A DNA stretch of 64,000 nucleotides, taken from Verrucomicrobiota bacterium. GTDB lineage: Bacteria; Verrucomicrobiota; Verrucomicrobiia; Verrucomicrobiales; V1-33. The position numbers and the translations under genes were made by a program. Positions within the stretch are counted from its first letter, which is position 1; every line of letters begins with the position of its first letter. The notes beneath the pieces are model-generated. The model was given only the letters and a program-made list of their open reading frames with translations. It had not been told where the DNA came from and did no database searches. Below are positions 36,261-46,554 of this stretch, piece by piece. The stretch is from the NCBI GenBank assembly GCA_003402705.1, contig QQNF01000004.1, forward strand, positions 10,877 through 74,876, written 5' to 3'.

Positions 36261-38447
36261 TCATTCATTCTCCGGGTTTTTCCCTCCCGCACCCCCCAAT
36301 CGACCCAGCAACCCGCTCCACCGCCGCTGCCCCCCTCCCCGCCCCACCGCCAGCGCCGCCGCCTTCGCATCCCCCACCAGCACCACCAGCTTCCTCCCTC
36401 GCGTGATCGCCGTGTACAGCAGGTTCCTCTGCAGCATCACAAAATGCTGCATCGACACCGGCACCACCACCGCCGGAAACTCGCTCCCCTGACTCTTGTG
36501 AATCGTGATCGCCCACGCCAGCCGCAACTCATCCAGATCCCCCGCCTCATACCCCACCAGCCTCCCATCCTCATACCTCACCTCCATCCGCAGCGGCTCC
36601 GCCGTCATCCCCACCACCCTCCCAATGTCCCCGTTGAACACTTCCTTCTCATAATTGTTCCGCGTCTGAATCACTTTGTCCCCCACCCGGAACCGCAACC
36701 CGAACCGGTCCAGTTCCGCCTTCATCTCATGCGCCGGATTCAACGCATCCTGCAGCTCCATGTTCAGCGCCGCCGTCCCCAGTGACCCCCGGTTCATCGG
36801 CGTCAGCACCTGAATCCCCTCCACCGCCTCCAGCCCGAACGCCGCCGGAATCCGCTCCCTCAGCAGATGCACCAGCGTCCCCTTGATCTCCTCAGGCGTC
36901 CCCCGCTCGATAAAATGAAAATCACACCCGGGCGGCGCAGGCCTCACCGTCTCCGGCATCCTCCCCGCATTCACCGCATGCGCCGCCGTAATGATCCGGC
37001 TCTCCGCCGCCTGACGGAATATCTCCGTCAGCCGCACCACCCGCACCACCCCGCTCCCGATCACATCCGCCAGCACCTGACCAGGCCCCACCGACGGCAG
37101 TTGATCCACGTCCCCCACCAGAATCAGCCGCGCCTGCTCCGGCAGCGCCCGCAGCCAGTGCATCATCAGGCTCACATCCACCATCGAACACTCGTCCAGC
37201 ACAAACACATCCCCCTTCAGCGGATGCTCCCGGTTCTTCTGAAACCCGCTCCCAGGCTGGTACTCCAGCAGACGATGCATCGTCATCGCCTCATACCCGG
37301 TACTCTCACTCAACCGCCGCGCCGCCCGCCCCGTCGGAGCCGCCGCCACAATCCTCTTGTCCCGCGACGCAAAAATCCGCAGCACCGCATCCAGTATCGT
37401 CGTCTTCCCCGTCCCCGGGCCCCCCGTAATCACCAGCACCCGCTCCGCCAAGGCCGCCCTCACCGCCGCCGCCTGCCCCTCCGCCAGCGTCCGCCCGGTC
37501 TCCTCCCTAACCTTCGCCAGCGCCGCCTCCGGCTCAATCACCGCCCCGCCCACCCGCGCCGCCGCCATCCGCCGGAACCACTCCGCCACTTCCCGCTCCG
37601 CCCTAGCCAAGTGTCCCGGAAAAACCAGCAGCGTCCCATCCACCACCTCCCTCACCACTTCCGCCTCCCCAGCCATCCGCTCCAGCGCCGCACTCAGCCG
37701 CTCCGGCCCGCACCCTAGCAAGTCCACCGCACGCGTCACCAGCTCCTCCTCCGGCAGCGCACAATGCCCCTCATCCCCCGCCGCCAGCAGCAGATGAAAC
37801 AACCCCGCCCTCATCCGCTCCGGCGCATCCACAGGCATCCCCATCCGCACCGCAATCGCATCCGCCGTCCGAAAACCAATCCCCGCAATGTCATCCGCCA
37901 GCTGCCACGGATTCGCCTCCACCCGCTCAATCGCCTGCTCCCCATACGCACGGAAAATCTTCACCGCCTTCGCCGTGCTGATCCCATTCGCATGCAGAAA
38001 TACCATGATCCTCCGAATCGACTTCTGCTTCTCCCACGACGCCTTGATCTCACGCCGCCGCTTGCTCCCCACCCCAGGCACTTCCTCCAATCGCGCACTC
38101 TGGCTCTCGATCACCTCGAAGATCTCCTCTCCAAACTTCGCCACTAGCTTCTTCGCATACACCGGCCCGATCCCCTCAACCAACCCGCTCCCCAGATACC
38201 GCTCAATCCCCTCCCGCGACGACGGGGCCTTCGTCTCAAGCTGCTCCGCCTTGAACTGCCTCCCGTACTCCGCCACACTCACCCACTCGCCCCGCGCCAC
38301 AATCTCCTCCCCAGCCGTCACCGCAGGCACCCGCCCAGTCACCGTCACCGGCTCGGCACGACCCCGGATCTTCACCTTCAGCACCGAATAACCAGTGTCC
38401 TCCGTGTGAAACGTGACGCGCTCAACCGTGCCGCTCAGCGATTCCAT
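36261..38447 (-). CDS. recD2: RecD2-type SF1B ATP-dependent DNA helicase
   Basis: Walker A VITGGPGTGKTT, plus LILVGDVDQLPSVGPG and a C-terminal AITIHKSQGSEF. Start is taken at MESLSGTVERVTF (38445-38447); the track ORF starts at 38474. Confidence 0.88.
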   Translation of the reverse strand: MESLSGTVERVTFHTEDTGYSVLKVKIRGRAEPVTVTGRVPAVTAGEEIVARGEWVSVAEYGRQFKAEQLETKAPSSREGIERYLGSGLVEGIGPVYAKKLVAKFGEEIFEVIESQSARLEEVPGVGSKRRREIKASWEKQKSIRRIMVFLHANGISTAKAVKIFRAYGEQAIERVEANPWQLADDIAGIGFRTADAIAVRMGMPVDAPERMRAGLFHLLLAAGDEGHCALPEEELVTRAVDLLGCGPERLSAALERMAGEAEVVREVVDGTLLVFPGHLARAEREVAEWFRRMAAARVGGAVIEPEAALAKVREETGRTLAEGQAAAVRAALAERVLVITGGPGTGKTTILDAVLRIFASRDKRIVAAAPTGRAARRLSESTGYEAMTMHRLLEYQPGSGFQKNREHPLKGDVFVLDECSMVDVSLMMHWLRALPEQARLILVGDVDQLPSVGPGQVLADVIGSGVVRVVRLTEIFRQAAESRIITAAHAVNAGRMPETVRPAPPGCDFHFIERGTPEEIKGTLVHLLRERIPAAFGLEAVEGIQVLTPMNRGSLGTAALNMELQDALNPAHEMKAELDRFGLRFRVGDKVIQTRNNYEKEVFNGDIGRVVGMTAEPLRMEVRYEDGRLVGYEAGDLDELRLAWAITIHKSQGSEFPAVVVPVSMQHFVMLQRNLLYTAITRGRKLVVLVGDAKAAALAVGRGGGQRRWSGLLGRLGGAGGKNPENE

Positions 38448-38688
38448 CCCCCTACCAAAGCCCCGCCACGCCACCGGGAAAGCGGGAACCTTTCCCCATC
38501 ATCGAACGTTGACTTCCCCATCGCAGTCAGATGAACTCGCAGCCATGGCCGCTCCCATCTCCCCCAGATCCCGTCTCGGCGACCTCGTCATCATCGTCTG
38601 CGGCACCTTCACAGACAAAAACGGCCAGGTCTTCCCATGGATGCAACCTCGGTCCTGAGCCCTCCCCATCCCCACCCCACCACATCTC

Positions 38689-39666
38689 GTGAATCCATCC
38701 CGCAAGGCGGTCTTCTTCGGCGAATTCGCCCGCCTCTCCGGAGCCGGCATTCCCGTCGACAAAGGCCTCAAACTCCTCCTCCGCCACGCCCCCAACGCCC
38801 CCCTCCGCGACGCCCTCAAAGGCATGGACGCAGCCCTCAGAAACGGCTCCACCATCGCCGAAGCCATGGCCCCAGCCCTCTCCCCACTCGAAACCGGCGT
38901 CATCCGCGCCGCAGAAAACGGCGGCCAGATCGCCGCTGGCTTCGCCCATCTCGAAAAGTGGTACTCCAGCCAGGCCAAAGCCCGCGACGCCGCCCTCCAC
39001 GCCCTCGCCTACCCGCTCCTCATCGCCCACGCCGCCGCCATCATCCCAGCCGTCGTCGGCGGCATCACCTCCGGCTCCGGCATCCTCCAGCCGCTCCTCC
39101 TCAACCTCGGCGGGCTCTGGTTCATCCTCGTCTCCCTCTACGCCCTCTCACGTTTCATCCTCGGAGCCGCCCGCAGAATCCCCGCTCTCGACGCCTTCAT
39201 CAGCGCCGTCCCATGGCTCGGCCCCGCATGGCGCAACAGCGGCCTCGCCCGCTGGGCCGCCGTCATGCACTTCCACATCATGTCAGGCCAGCTCCTCTCC
39301 GGCGCCTTCGCCGAAGCAGGCACCGCCTCCCAGCGACCCAGACTCAACGCCGCCAGTCAGCGGCTCTCCGCCCTCACCCTATCAGGCCAGCCAGCCGGCC
39401 CAGCCATGATCCACGAACCCGCCTTCCCCGAAGCCGTCGCCCTCCACTTCGCCTCCGCTGAAGAAGCCGGCATGCTCGACACCGAATGCGCCGGCCTCGC
39501 CGACCGCGCCCTCCACGACGCCACCGTCTCCATGCAGCGCGCCGGGGAATGGCTCCCCCGCATCATCTACATCGCCGCCATGATCTTCGCCGCATGGCAG
39601 GTCCTCAACATGGGCCGCGGGGTCTTCCAGCAGCAGCAGGACTTCCTCCGCGACATCGGGTTCTAG
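38689..39666 (+). CDS. Type II secretion system F (GspF/PilC) family membrane protein, isolated
   Basis: FFGEFARLSGAGIPVDKGLKLLL...STIAEAM...LSPLETGVIRAAENGGQI and a second similar half. No GspE/GspD neighbours. Confidence 0.7.
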   Translation: MNPSRKAVFFGEFARLSGAGIPVDKGLKLLLRHAPNAPLRDALKGMDAALRNGSTIAEAMAPALSPLETGVIRAAENGGQIAAGFAHLEKWYSSQAKARDAALHALAYPLLIAHAAAIIPAVVGGITSGSGILQPLLLNLGGLWFILVSLYALSRFILGAARRIPALDAFISAVPWLGPAWRNSGLARWAAVMHFHIMSGQLLSGAFAEAGTASQRPRLNAASQRLSALTLSGQPAGPAMIHEPAFPEAVALHFASAEEAGMLDTECAGLADRALHDATVSMQRAGEWLPRIIYIAAMIFAAWQVLNMGRGVFQQQQDFLRDIGF

Positions 39667-39676
39667 TCCAAGCTCC

Positions 39677-40453
39677 TCAGCGCAGCTGCCCGCGGTTCCA
39701 CGCCACGCAGTCCGCATACGCCACCCCCGTCCCGCCAAACAGGTCGAGCGCACTCCCGATCGTCACATCCACGCGCCCGCCACTCAGCACCGCCGCCGTC
39801 TCCAGATCCGCCAAACTCCGCGCCCCGCCCGCGTACGTCACCGGGCAACCCTCCCACTCCCCCAGAAACGCCAGCAGTTCCTCGTCCATCCCCGCACACT
39901 TCCCCTCCACATCCGCCGCATGGATCAGAAATTCCGCGCAATCCGCCGCCAGCATTCCTAGCACTTCTTTCGTCACCGGCAGGCTCGTCCGCGTCTGCCA
40001 CCGGTTCATGTACACCGCCCATCCACCCTCAGCCTCCCGGCGGCACGACAGATCAATCACCAGGCGCTCCGCCCCCACCTCCCGCCTCAACGCCGCCAGC
40101 CGCTCCGGCAGAAACTCCCCCCCCGCCGAAAACAGCCGCGACGTCACAATCACATGCGACGCCCCAGCCTCAATCCACTCCGCCGCATTCCCCTCCGTGA
40201 TCCCGCCACCCACCTGCAACCCCCCCGGCCACACCCGCAGCGCCTCCCGCGCCGCCCCCTCGTTCCCCGACCCCAGCATGATCACATGCCCGCCCATCAG
40301 CCGGTCCCGACGATAAAGCGCCGCAAACTCCCGGGCCGGCCGGTCACTCACAAAATTCGTCTGCGGCCCCTCCCCGCCATCCCGCAGCGTCCCGCCGACA
40401 ATCTGCTTCACTCGGCCTTCGTGAAGATCAATGCAGGGGCGAAATCGGGTCAT
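39677..40453 (-). CDS. hisA: ProFAR isomerase HisA (eukaryote/His6-like type)
   Basis: MTRFRPCIDLHEGRVKQIVGGTL...GGLQVGGGI...HVIVTS...TYAGG. Confidence 0.85.
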   Translation of the reverse strand: MTRFRPCIDLHEGRVKQIVGGTLRDGGEGPQTNFVSDRPAREFAALYRRDRLMGGHVIMLGSGNEGAAREALRVWPGGLQVGGGITEGNAAEWIEAGASHVIVTSRLFSAGGEFLPERLAALRREVGAERLVIDLSCRREAEGGWAVYMNRWQTRTSLPVTKEVLGMLAADCAEFLIHAADVEGKCAGMDEELLAFLGEWEGCPVTYAGGARSLADLETAAVLSGGRVDVTIGSALDLFGGTGVAYADCVAWNRGQLR

Positions 40454-40509
40454 CCCTCAGCAATCACACCCATCCCACTCCCCGCAACCAACTTCTCCCT
40501 CCCCTCCCG

Positions 40510-41115
40510 TCACGGCTTCTCCTCCGGACCAGCCGCCGCCTTCGCCAGCTCCTTCGCTCGCTCCTGGCTCGCCGCTCCCAATCGGCTCATCGGCACCTTG
40601 AACACCCGCCCCTCCGCCGTCCGAATCACCACCGCATCCCCACTCATCCGCACAAACCGCGCCTTCACCGTCTTCCCATCCCCACTCACCCAGTCCTCCA
40701 CCGGCATCTCCACCGCCGCCGGCCGCGCCGCCAACCCGGACTTCGCCACCCCTCCCCCACCAGCCTTCCCAGCCTCCAGCATCGCCCCCTCCTCAATCCA
40801 CTCCCGCATCAGCTTGATCTCCTTCGGCGATACCCGCGGCCCGTTCGGCGGCATCTGATTGTCCCCAGTCATCGTCATCACCTCAAACAACCGGCTCCGC
40901 GACACATCCCCAGGCACCACCACACCCCTCGGATCAATGTCATTCCCAAACCGCTTCAGATTGTCAAAAACATACCCAGCCTTCTCCTTCTTCGCCTTCT
41001 CACTGTGACACTCGTAACAGTGCTTCTCCAGAATCGGCCGGATGTCCCGCCGGAAATCAGCTCCCCGCACCATCGCCGCCGGAACCATCATCAGAAAAAT
41101 CACGCGCTGCATCAT
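40510..41115 (-). CDS. Secreted c-type cytochrome-domain protein (PSCyt1-like) with C-terminal SHD1-like domain
   Basis: Start trimmed to MMQRVIFLMMVPAAMVRG. FRRDIRPILEKHCYECHS (CxxCH)...MPP...WIEEGA. C-terminal WVSGDGKTVKARFVRMSGDAVVIRTAEGRVFKVPMSRL. Confidence 0.75.
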   Translation of the reverse strand: MMQRVIFLMMVPAAMVRGADFRRDIRPILEKHCYECHSEKAKKEKAGYVFDNLKRFGNDIDPRGVVVPGDVSRSRLFEVMTMTGDNQMPPNGPRVSPKEIKLMREWIEEGAMLEAGKAGGGGVAKSGLAARPAAVEMPVEDWVSGDGKTVKARFVRMSGDAVVIRTAEGRVFKVPMSRLGAASQERAKELAKAAAGPEEKP

Positions 41116-41307
41116 GCCCACTTCTACACTCACTCCTCCCGCCGCGCCACTCGCTTTCCACCCCCAATCCACTCTCGCCTCCATCCTCTAGGGAAATCCC
41201 CGGGTCCCTATAGTCTCACCACCTAATCAAAATTGTAGCAAAATCCATGCCGAACCTTCCTGCTTGCAAGCACCAGCGCGCCCGTTTAACGCGGGAAACT
41301 CACTGAA

Positions 41308-41619
41308 ATGGAAGACGTTCCCTACCCATACATCGTCGCCGGAATCGAAGCTTTACTCATGGCAGTCCTCGCATGGGCCGGCACCAAGGCCTTCTTCTTG
41401 GGCCTCCGCACCACCGGAATCCTCATCGCCTGCGGCGCCACTCTCTCCCTCGCAGGAGCCGCCGGCACCTTCCTGATCCCCGCACAGCCAGCCTCAGATT
41501 CCAGCAACGCCACCCTCCTGACCTTCTCCGCCGCAGGCCACTTCCTCCTCGCCGCAGGCATCCTCCGACTCGTCCTCGTCATCGGCAGCCGCGAGGGCTC
41601 CTCGGAAACCCCGTCCTGA
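41308..41619 (+). CDS. Small membrane protein (103 aa), hypothetical
   Basis: Three hydrophobic segments. C/A-rich third codon positions are typical of genuine + strand genes in this region. Confidence 0.6.
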   Translation: MEDVPYPYIVAGIEALLMAVLAWAGTKAFFLGLRTTGILIACGATLSLAGAAGTFLIPAQPASDSSNATLLTFSAAGHFLLAAGILRLVLVIGSREGSSETPS

Positions 41620-41622
41620 CCG

Positions 41623-42336
41623 TCACCCCGCGCTCCCCAGCAGCTCCTCCACCAGCGCAGGCACCACCACCGTCGCCAATCCCGTCCGGCGCTCCCCGAA
41701 AAGCTCGCTCGCCGACGTCTCCGCCACGTTGCACTCCACCGTGCGCGCCCCGACCCGCCGCGCCATGTCCACAAACCCAGCCGCCGGATACACACTCCCC
41801 GACGTGCCCACACTCACAAATATCCCGCACCGTCCCAGCGCCCCAAGGATCTCATCCATGTGATACGGCATCTCCCCGAACCACACAATGTCCGGCCGCA
41901 CCACCCCCACCCTCCCGCAATAAACACACGCATCCCCAGTCCCAAGATCCCCCGCCCACTCCCACACCCCATCACACCCCTCGCACCGCACTTTCCTCAA
42001 CTCCCCGTGCATGTGCACCAGCCGCTCGCTCCCCGCCCGCTCATGCAGGTCGTCCACATTCTGCGTCACCAGCAGAAACCGCCCGCGCCACTCCCGCTCC
42101 AATCGCACCAGCGCCTCATGCGCCGCATTCGGCTCCACCCGCTCCAGCCCAGCTCGCCGCAGATTGTAAAACCGATGCACCAATCCCGGATCCCGCCGAA
42201 ACCCCTCAGGACTCGCCACGTCCTCAAACCGGTGCCCCTCCCACAACCCGTCCGCCCCCCGAAACGTCGCAACCCCGGACTCCGCAGAAATCCCCGCCCC
42301 AGTCAGTATCACCATCTCTAACGCGCTCTCACTCAT
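41623..42336 (-). CDS. cobB: NAD-dependent protein deacylase (Sir2/CobB family)
   Basis: Start trimmed to MSESALEMVILTGAGISAESGVATFRGADGLWE. QNVDDLHERAG. Zn-ribbon CEGC...CVYCG. Confidence 0.88.
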   Translation of the reverse strand: MSESALEMVILTGAGISAESGVATFRGADGLWEGHRFEDVASPEGFRRDPGLVHRFYNLRRAGLERVEPNAAHEALVRLEREWRGRFLLVTQNVDDLHERAGSERLVHMHGELRKVRCEGCDGVWEWAGDLGTGDACVYCGRVGVVRPDIVWFGEMPYHMDEILGALGRCGIFVSVGTSGSVYPAAGFVDMARRVGARTVECNVAETSASELFGERRTGLATVVVPALVEELLGSAG

Positions 42337-42382
42337 CCCCACCCCTCCCACACCAAGCCACCCCACGCCACCGCCTTCTCCA

Positions 42383-43117
42383 TCAGATGTTCGACCCCAG
42401 AAACGTGTGAATCCCGCACTCCGTCTTCTCAAATCCCTCCCACCGCCCCGCACGCTCCCCCTCACCTCCACTCAGCTTCGTGCACGGCCAGCACCCAATG
42501 CTCCGATACCCCCGATCGTGCAGCGCATTGTACGGAATGCCCCGCTCCCGGATGTACTCCCACACCGCTTCCCGACTCCACGCCGCCATCGGATTCAACT
42601 TCAAGATGTGCTGCTCCCTCAGCTTGTCGAACAAGTACAACTCCAGAATCCCCGTCCGCTCCCGCGTCTCACTCTGATTCCGCCTCAACCCCGTAATCCA
42701 CACGTCAATCCCAGCCAGATGCCGCTGCAGCGGCAGCACCTTCCTCAACGTGCAGCACGTGTCAGGATTCGTCTCCCACAAATCCCCTCCATACTCCACA
42801 CGCTGCTCCGCCACCGTCTGCTCAGGCCTCAATTGCTGAATCTCTATCCCGAAAAAATCCTCCAGCCGATCCCTCAACTCATACGTCTCCGGAAACAATA
42901 TCCCAGTATCCACCGTGAATACCGGAAAATTCAGCCCCATGCGCCTCGCATGGTCAATGATCACCAGCCCGCTCCCCTGATAACTCGTCCCAATCTGCGC
43001 CCGCCTCCCAAACCGCTCCCACGTCCACCCCAACACCTCCTCCAACCCCTTCCCCTCAAACCCCTCCGCCACCTCCCTCACATCCAGATCAGCGTGGTCC
43101 TGCAGTTGAAATGCCAT
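42383..43117 (-). CDS. cysH: Phosphoadenylyl-sulfate (PAPS/APS) reductase
   Basis: Start trimmed to MAFQLQDHADL. ...VFTVDTGILFPETYEL...CCTLRKVLPL...GYRSIGCWPCT...ECGIH. Confidence 0.88.
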   Translation of the reverse strand: MAFQLQDHADLDVREVAEGFEGKGLEEVLGWTWERFGRRAQIGTSYQGSGLVIIDHARRMGLNFPVFTVDTGILFPETYELRDRLEDFFGIEIQQLRPEQTVAEQRVEYGGDLWETNPDTCCTLRKVLPLQRHLAGIDVWITGLRRNQSETRERTGILELYLFDKLREQHILKLNPMAAWSREAVWEYIRERGIPYNALHDRGYRSIGCWPCTKLSGGEGERAGRWEGFEKTECGIHTFLGSNI

Positions 43118-43279
43118 CAGTTCAGTAATTAAATTCCCTATTTCCGATCCGATTAGTCGAGAATTGACCCCTGTCAAGCGCCTCCCTCCCTCCCCACCCA
43201 CCCTTTTCCCCAGAAAAACCTCTTGCAGCTGCCCCATATCCGATTCTACTCAACCTCCCGGATCGTCCCGGAACCTCCT

Positions 43280-43354
43280 GCCTCGCTAGCTCAATGGTAG
43301 AGCAGTTGACTCTTAATCAATTTGTTTCAGGTTCAAGTCCTGAGCGAGGTACCA
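43280..43354 (+). tRNA. tRNA-Lys (anticodon CTT)
   Basis: Hand-folded: GCCTCGC TA GCTC AATGGTA GAGC A GTTGA CTCTTAA TCAAT TTGTT TCAGG TTCAAGT CCTGA GCGAGGT A CCA, 75 nt, with a G1-U72 wobble. Confidence 0.9.
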
Positions 43355-43531
43355 ATCTCACGAGCGCCCTCGCGCTCCTCCCACTGCTCTCGCGGATCCC
43401 GTAATCGGCCGTCGGCTCCCCCGCCCCTCCCCCGCCCCAAAAGGCGCCCCTCAGATCCAACCGCGATCACGCCTTGCCGTCCTCCTCCTCCACGGCATCG
43501 TCCCCTCTCCTTCCTCCCGCTCGCCCCAGCC

Positions 43532-44119
43532 ATGTTCTCCGAACACCTCGCCCGCTCCGCCGCCACCATCGCCGCCCTCCATTCCTTGGAAGCAGACGTC
43601 GACCGCGCCGCCTCCATCATCGCCGCCTCCCTCCAGTCAGGCGGCAAAATCCTCTCCTGCGGCAACGGCGGCAGCGCCGCAGAAAGCGCCCACTTCGCCA
43701 CCGAACTCCTCTGCCGCCTCGACGGCGACCGCCCCTCCCTCGCCGCCCTCAACCTCTCCGCCGACGGCAGCTTCCTCACCGCCACCGCCAACGACTACCA
43801 GTTCAACGAAATCTTCGCCCGCCAGATCGACGGCCTCGGCCGCCCCGGCGATGTCCTCGTCGCCATCACCACCAGCGGCCATTCCCCCAATGTCCTCGCC
43901 GCCCTCTCCAGAGCCAGATCCCGCGGCCTCCTAACCATCGCACTCCTCGGCCGCGACGGAGGCCTCGCCGCCCCGCTCTCCGACGTCCCCCTCATCGTTC
44001 CCTCCCACTCCACCGCCCACATCCAGGAAGCCCACCTCGTCCTCATCCACATCCTCTGCGCCAGAATCGAACAGCTCATCTTCGGCTCCTCCCCTCAGAA
44101 ATCCACCCAGTCCACCTGA
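43532..44119 (+). CDS. gmhA: SIS-domain phosphoheptose isomerase (GmhA/DiaA family)
   Basis: Start trimmed to MFSEHLARS. ...GGKILSCGNGGSAAESAHFATELLCRL...VLVAITTSGHSPNV. Confidence 0.85.
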   Translation: MFSEHLARSAATIAALHSLEADVDRAASIIAASLQSGGKILSCGNGGSAAESAHFATELLCRLDGDRPSLAALNLSADGSFLTATANDYQFNEIFARQIDGLGRPGDVLVAITTSGHSPNVLAALSRARSRGLLTIALLGRDGGLAAPLSDVPLIVPSHSTAHIQEAHLVLIHILCARIEQLIFGSSPQKSTQST

Positions 44120-44176
44120 CGGTCTCTGCAATCCGGCCCTTGCCTTCACCCCATTTCACTCCTCTTATCCGCCTCC

Positions 44177-45058
44177 ATGAGCGTTCTCGTCGATAAAAAC
44201 ACCCGTCTCCTTGTCCAGGGCATCACCGGCAACTCCGGAGCCTTCCACGCCCGCGGGTGCCGCGACTACGGCACCAACGTCGTCGCCGGCGTCACCCCAG
44301 GCAAAGGCGGCCAGTTCTTCGACGACTCCATCCCCATCTTCGACACCGTCTCCGAAGCCCGCGAAGCCACCGGCTGCAACGCCACCATGATCTTCGTCCC
44401 CCCTCCCTTCGCCGCAGACGGTATCCTCGAAGCCGCCGACGCAGGCATCGAACTCATCGTCTGCATCACCGAAGGCATCCCCGTCAATGACATGATGCGC
44501 GTCAAACACGCCATGGCCAACTCCAAGAGCGTCCTCATCGGCCCCAATTGCCCAGGCATCATCACCCCAGGCGCTGCCAAAATCGGCATCATGCCAGGCT
44601 ACATCCACAAAGAAGGCCGCATCGGCGTCGTCAGCCGCTCCGGTACCCTCACCTACGAAGCCGTCTGGCAGCTCAGCAGCCGCGGCCTCGGCCAATCCAC
44701 CTGCATCGGCATCGGCGGCGACCCCATCAACGGGCTCTCCCACACCGATTGCGCCAGACTCTTCAACGACGACCCCAACACCGACGCCTTCATCCTCATC
44801 GGCGAAATCGGCGGCACCGGCGAAGAAGAAGCCGCCGAATGGATCAAGGCCAACTGCAAAAAACCCGTCGCCGCCTTCATCGCCGGAGCCACCGCTCCTC
44901 CCGGCCGCCGCATGGGCCACGCCGGAGCCATCATCTCCGGCGGCAAAGGCACCGCCGAAGCCAAACAAGCCGCCCTCCGCGACGCAGGCATCCTCGTCGC
45001 CGACTCCCCAGCCGACATGGGAGCCATGCTCGTCAAAGCCATCGAAGCCAAACGCTGA
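44177..45058 (+). CDS. sucD: Succinate--CoA ligase subunit alpha
   Basis: [45 protein letters not shown]...[10 protein letters not shown]...[14 protein letters not shown]. Confidence 0.93.
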   Translation: MSVLVDKNTRLLVQGITGNSGAFHARGCRDYGTNVVAGVTPGKGGQFFDDSIPIFDTVSEAREATGCNATMIFVPPPFAADGILEAADAGIELIVCITEGIPVNDMMRVKHAMANSKSVLIGPNCPGIITPGAAKIGIMPGYIHKEGRIGVVSRSGTLTYEAVWQLSSRGLGQSTCIGIGGDPINGLSHTDCARLFNDDPNTDAFILIGEIGGTGEEEAAEWIKANCKKPVAAFIAGATAPPGRRMGHAGAIISGGKGTAEAKQAALRDAGILVADSPADMGAMLVKAIEAKR

Positions 45059-45093
45059 CCCTACCCACTCAGCCAATCCCCACTCTCCCCAAA

Positions 45094-45127
45094 GTGCCCG
45101 GCGACTCACTCGCCGGGCACTTTTTTT
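45094..45127 (+). terminator. Rho-independent terminator of sucD
   Basis: GTGCCCGGCG-actcact-CGCCGGGCAC (perfect 10-bp stem) followed by TTTTTTT. Confidence 0.85.
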
Positions 45128-45154
45128 GCCCCGCCACTCTTCCCGCCACCCCTT

Positions 45155-45645
45155 CCCCAAGAGGCCTGTCCAATTGCACACCAGTGCACACCACACTCCC
45201 CCAAGAGGCCTGTCCAATTGCACACCAGTGTCCCCGCCCCCCAAGAGGCCTGTCTAATTGTTCCCCACGGCAGAGCAGAAGTGCCCTCCCGCCTCTTACC
45301 TCCGCACCAGCACCCCCTCTCACACCCCGCACCTCCCCCCTTCCCCAAGAGGTCTGTCCAGCCCGAAGAGGTCTGTCTAATTGCAGAGAGTGGAACCGGC
45401 GTCCCGCCGCTTACCTCCCAACCAGCACCCCGTCTCCCACGCAGCACTCCCGCCGCACCAACGTCACCCGCATCGCACCCGCCGACTTGTCTCATCTTTG
45501 CGCCATTCACCTCCGACCTGTGTCCCAACGGGACACCTTATCCCAGCCCAGAGCACCGCTCTGGGTACCCCACCGCCCGAGCCCGGCGTTCTGTAGGAAC
45601 GCCGCATACCCTTGCATCCCTTGCCCGAAGAGGTCTGTCCAATTG
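45155..45645. repeat. Cluster of six copies of a ~22-bp motif CCC(C/G)AAGAGG(C/T)CTGTC(C/T)AATTG in a ~650-bp non-coding stretch
   Basis: Copies at 45155-45176, 45199-45220, 45239-45260, 45344-45360 (3'-truncated), 45362-45383 and 45624-45645. Copies 3 and 5 are each followed ~35-40 nt later by a second shared block, cgcc(t/g)cttacctcc(g/c)(c/a)accagcacccc. Confidence 0.85.
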
Positions 45646-45781
45646 CGCTCGCACCTTTTTCCCGCTCTCCGGTCCGGTCAATGGCTCTTTCAACGGCCAT
45701 CACCCCAAAAGCAGAATCCCAGGCAGCCGAGGCTGTGTCGGCGTCTAGAAAAAAAAGGATGCAAGTGAACTCGTGGGCGGA

Positions 45782-46531
45782 TCAGGCGACACTCGCGTGT
45801 TTTTTGCGCACACGCTCCTCTGGAGCCTCCGTCCACATGAAAAGGGCTTTCACACCATCCAGCAGGCCCATCTCTTGATGCTGCTCCTCCTCGATCTCGA
45901 TGGCAGCCTCGTCGAGCTCCCGCTTGTGTTGCCCCTCGTCGATGTCTCCCACGATTGGCGGTGCTGCTGCCGCACCCAAAGCAGTGATCGCCATGGCATC
46001 TGTGGGTACATTTTGCGGAGTGTGTGAAGCCCAGGACTGCAGACGAATGTGCAGCCCCTGAATGCCGGCTTGCACCGCCTTGCGATGGGACTCGATGGTG
46101 AGCACGAGCTTCTTCCAATCGCCCGCTGCTGCTTCATCGACCCCCTGCGCCTGTGCACTCAAACCCCTCAGCGCGATAGCCAGCTTCGCCTCCTCGCGTT
46201 GAAGTTCATCCCACGCCGCCTGCGCCGCCTGGGGTTGGCTCGTCTCCACCGCCTCATGCATTCCCGCCACCAGCCGTTGAATGCGCCGCAAAACGGCCGT
46301 CACATGGTCCCAATGGTGCTGGCAGCCCGTGTCCCCGTCCGCAGGTGATCCACGCACATTCGCCAGTTCATGGGATTCATCCAAAGTAGTGCTCAGTTCC
46401 TCTTCGAACTCGATCCATCGGGCGCAATCGGCACGCAGACCGGCTTCGAGACTGGAAACGATGGGAAAGGAAAGCGTAAGCGGAGTCGTCATGGCACCAC
46501 AAGCATCCCCATCAGCCTCCATTCCGACCAT
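45782..46531 (-). CDS. Hypothetical helical protein (249 aa)
   Basis: Clean ORF with no recognisable motifs. Its codon usage lacks the G/T third-position bias of the other minus-strand genes in the 30-64 kb region. Confidence 0.55.
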   Translation of the reverse strand: MVGMEADGDACGAMTTPLTLSFPIVSSLEAGLRADCARWIEFEEELSTTLDESHELANVRGSPADGDTGCQHHWDHVTAVLRRIQRLVAGMHEAVETSQPQAAQAAWDELQREEAKLAIALRGLSAQAQGVDEAAAGDWKKLVLTIESHRKAVQAGIQGLHIRLQSWASHTPQNVPTDAMAITALGAAAAPPIVGDIDEGQHKRELDEAAIEIEEEQHQEMGLLDGVKALFMWTEAPEERVRKKHASVA

Positions 46532-46554
46532 GGGGTGAAGTGCTACTCATTCAG

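Noticed and set aside
38545-38658. 37-codon + strand ORF (MAAPISPRSRLGDLVIIVCGTFTDKNGQVFPWMQPRS) between recD2 and the gspF-like gene
   Set aside because: Its third positions look coding-like (C/A-rich), but it is very short and has no recognisable family. It cannot be supported without homology or expression data.
38689-39666. A type II secretion or type IV pilus system that could export the cassette proteins
   Set aside because: It is a single GspF/PilC-family gene with no ATPase, secretin or pseudopilin neighbours. It lies 9 kb from the cassette locus, among housekeeping genes.
44177-45058. sucD without an adjacent sucC as an anomaly
   Set aside because: Unusual gene order alone is weak evidence, and sucC may lie elsewhere in the genome. 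sucD itself looks intact and carries its own strong terminator.
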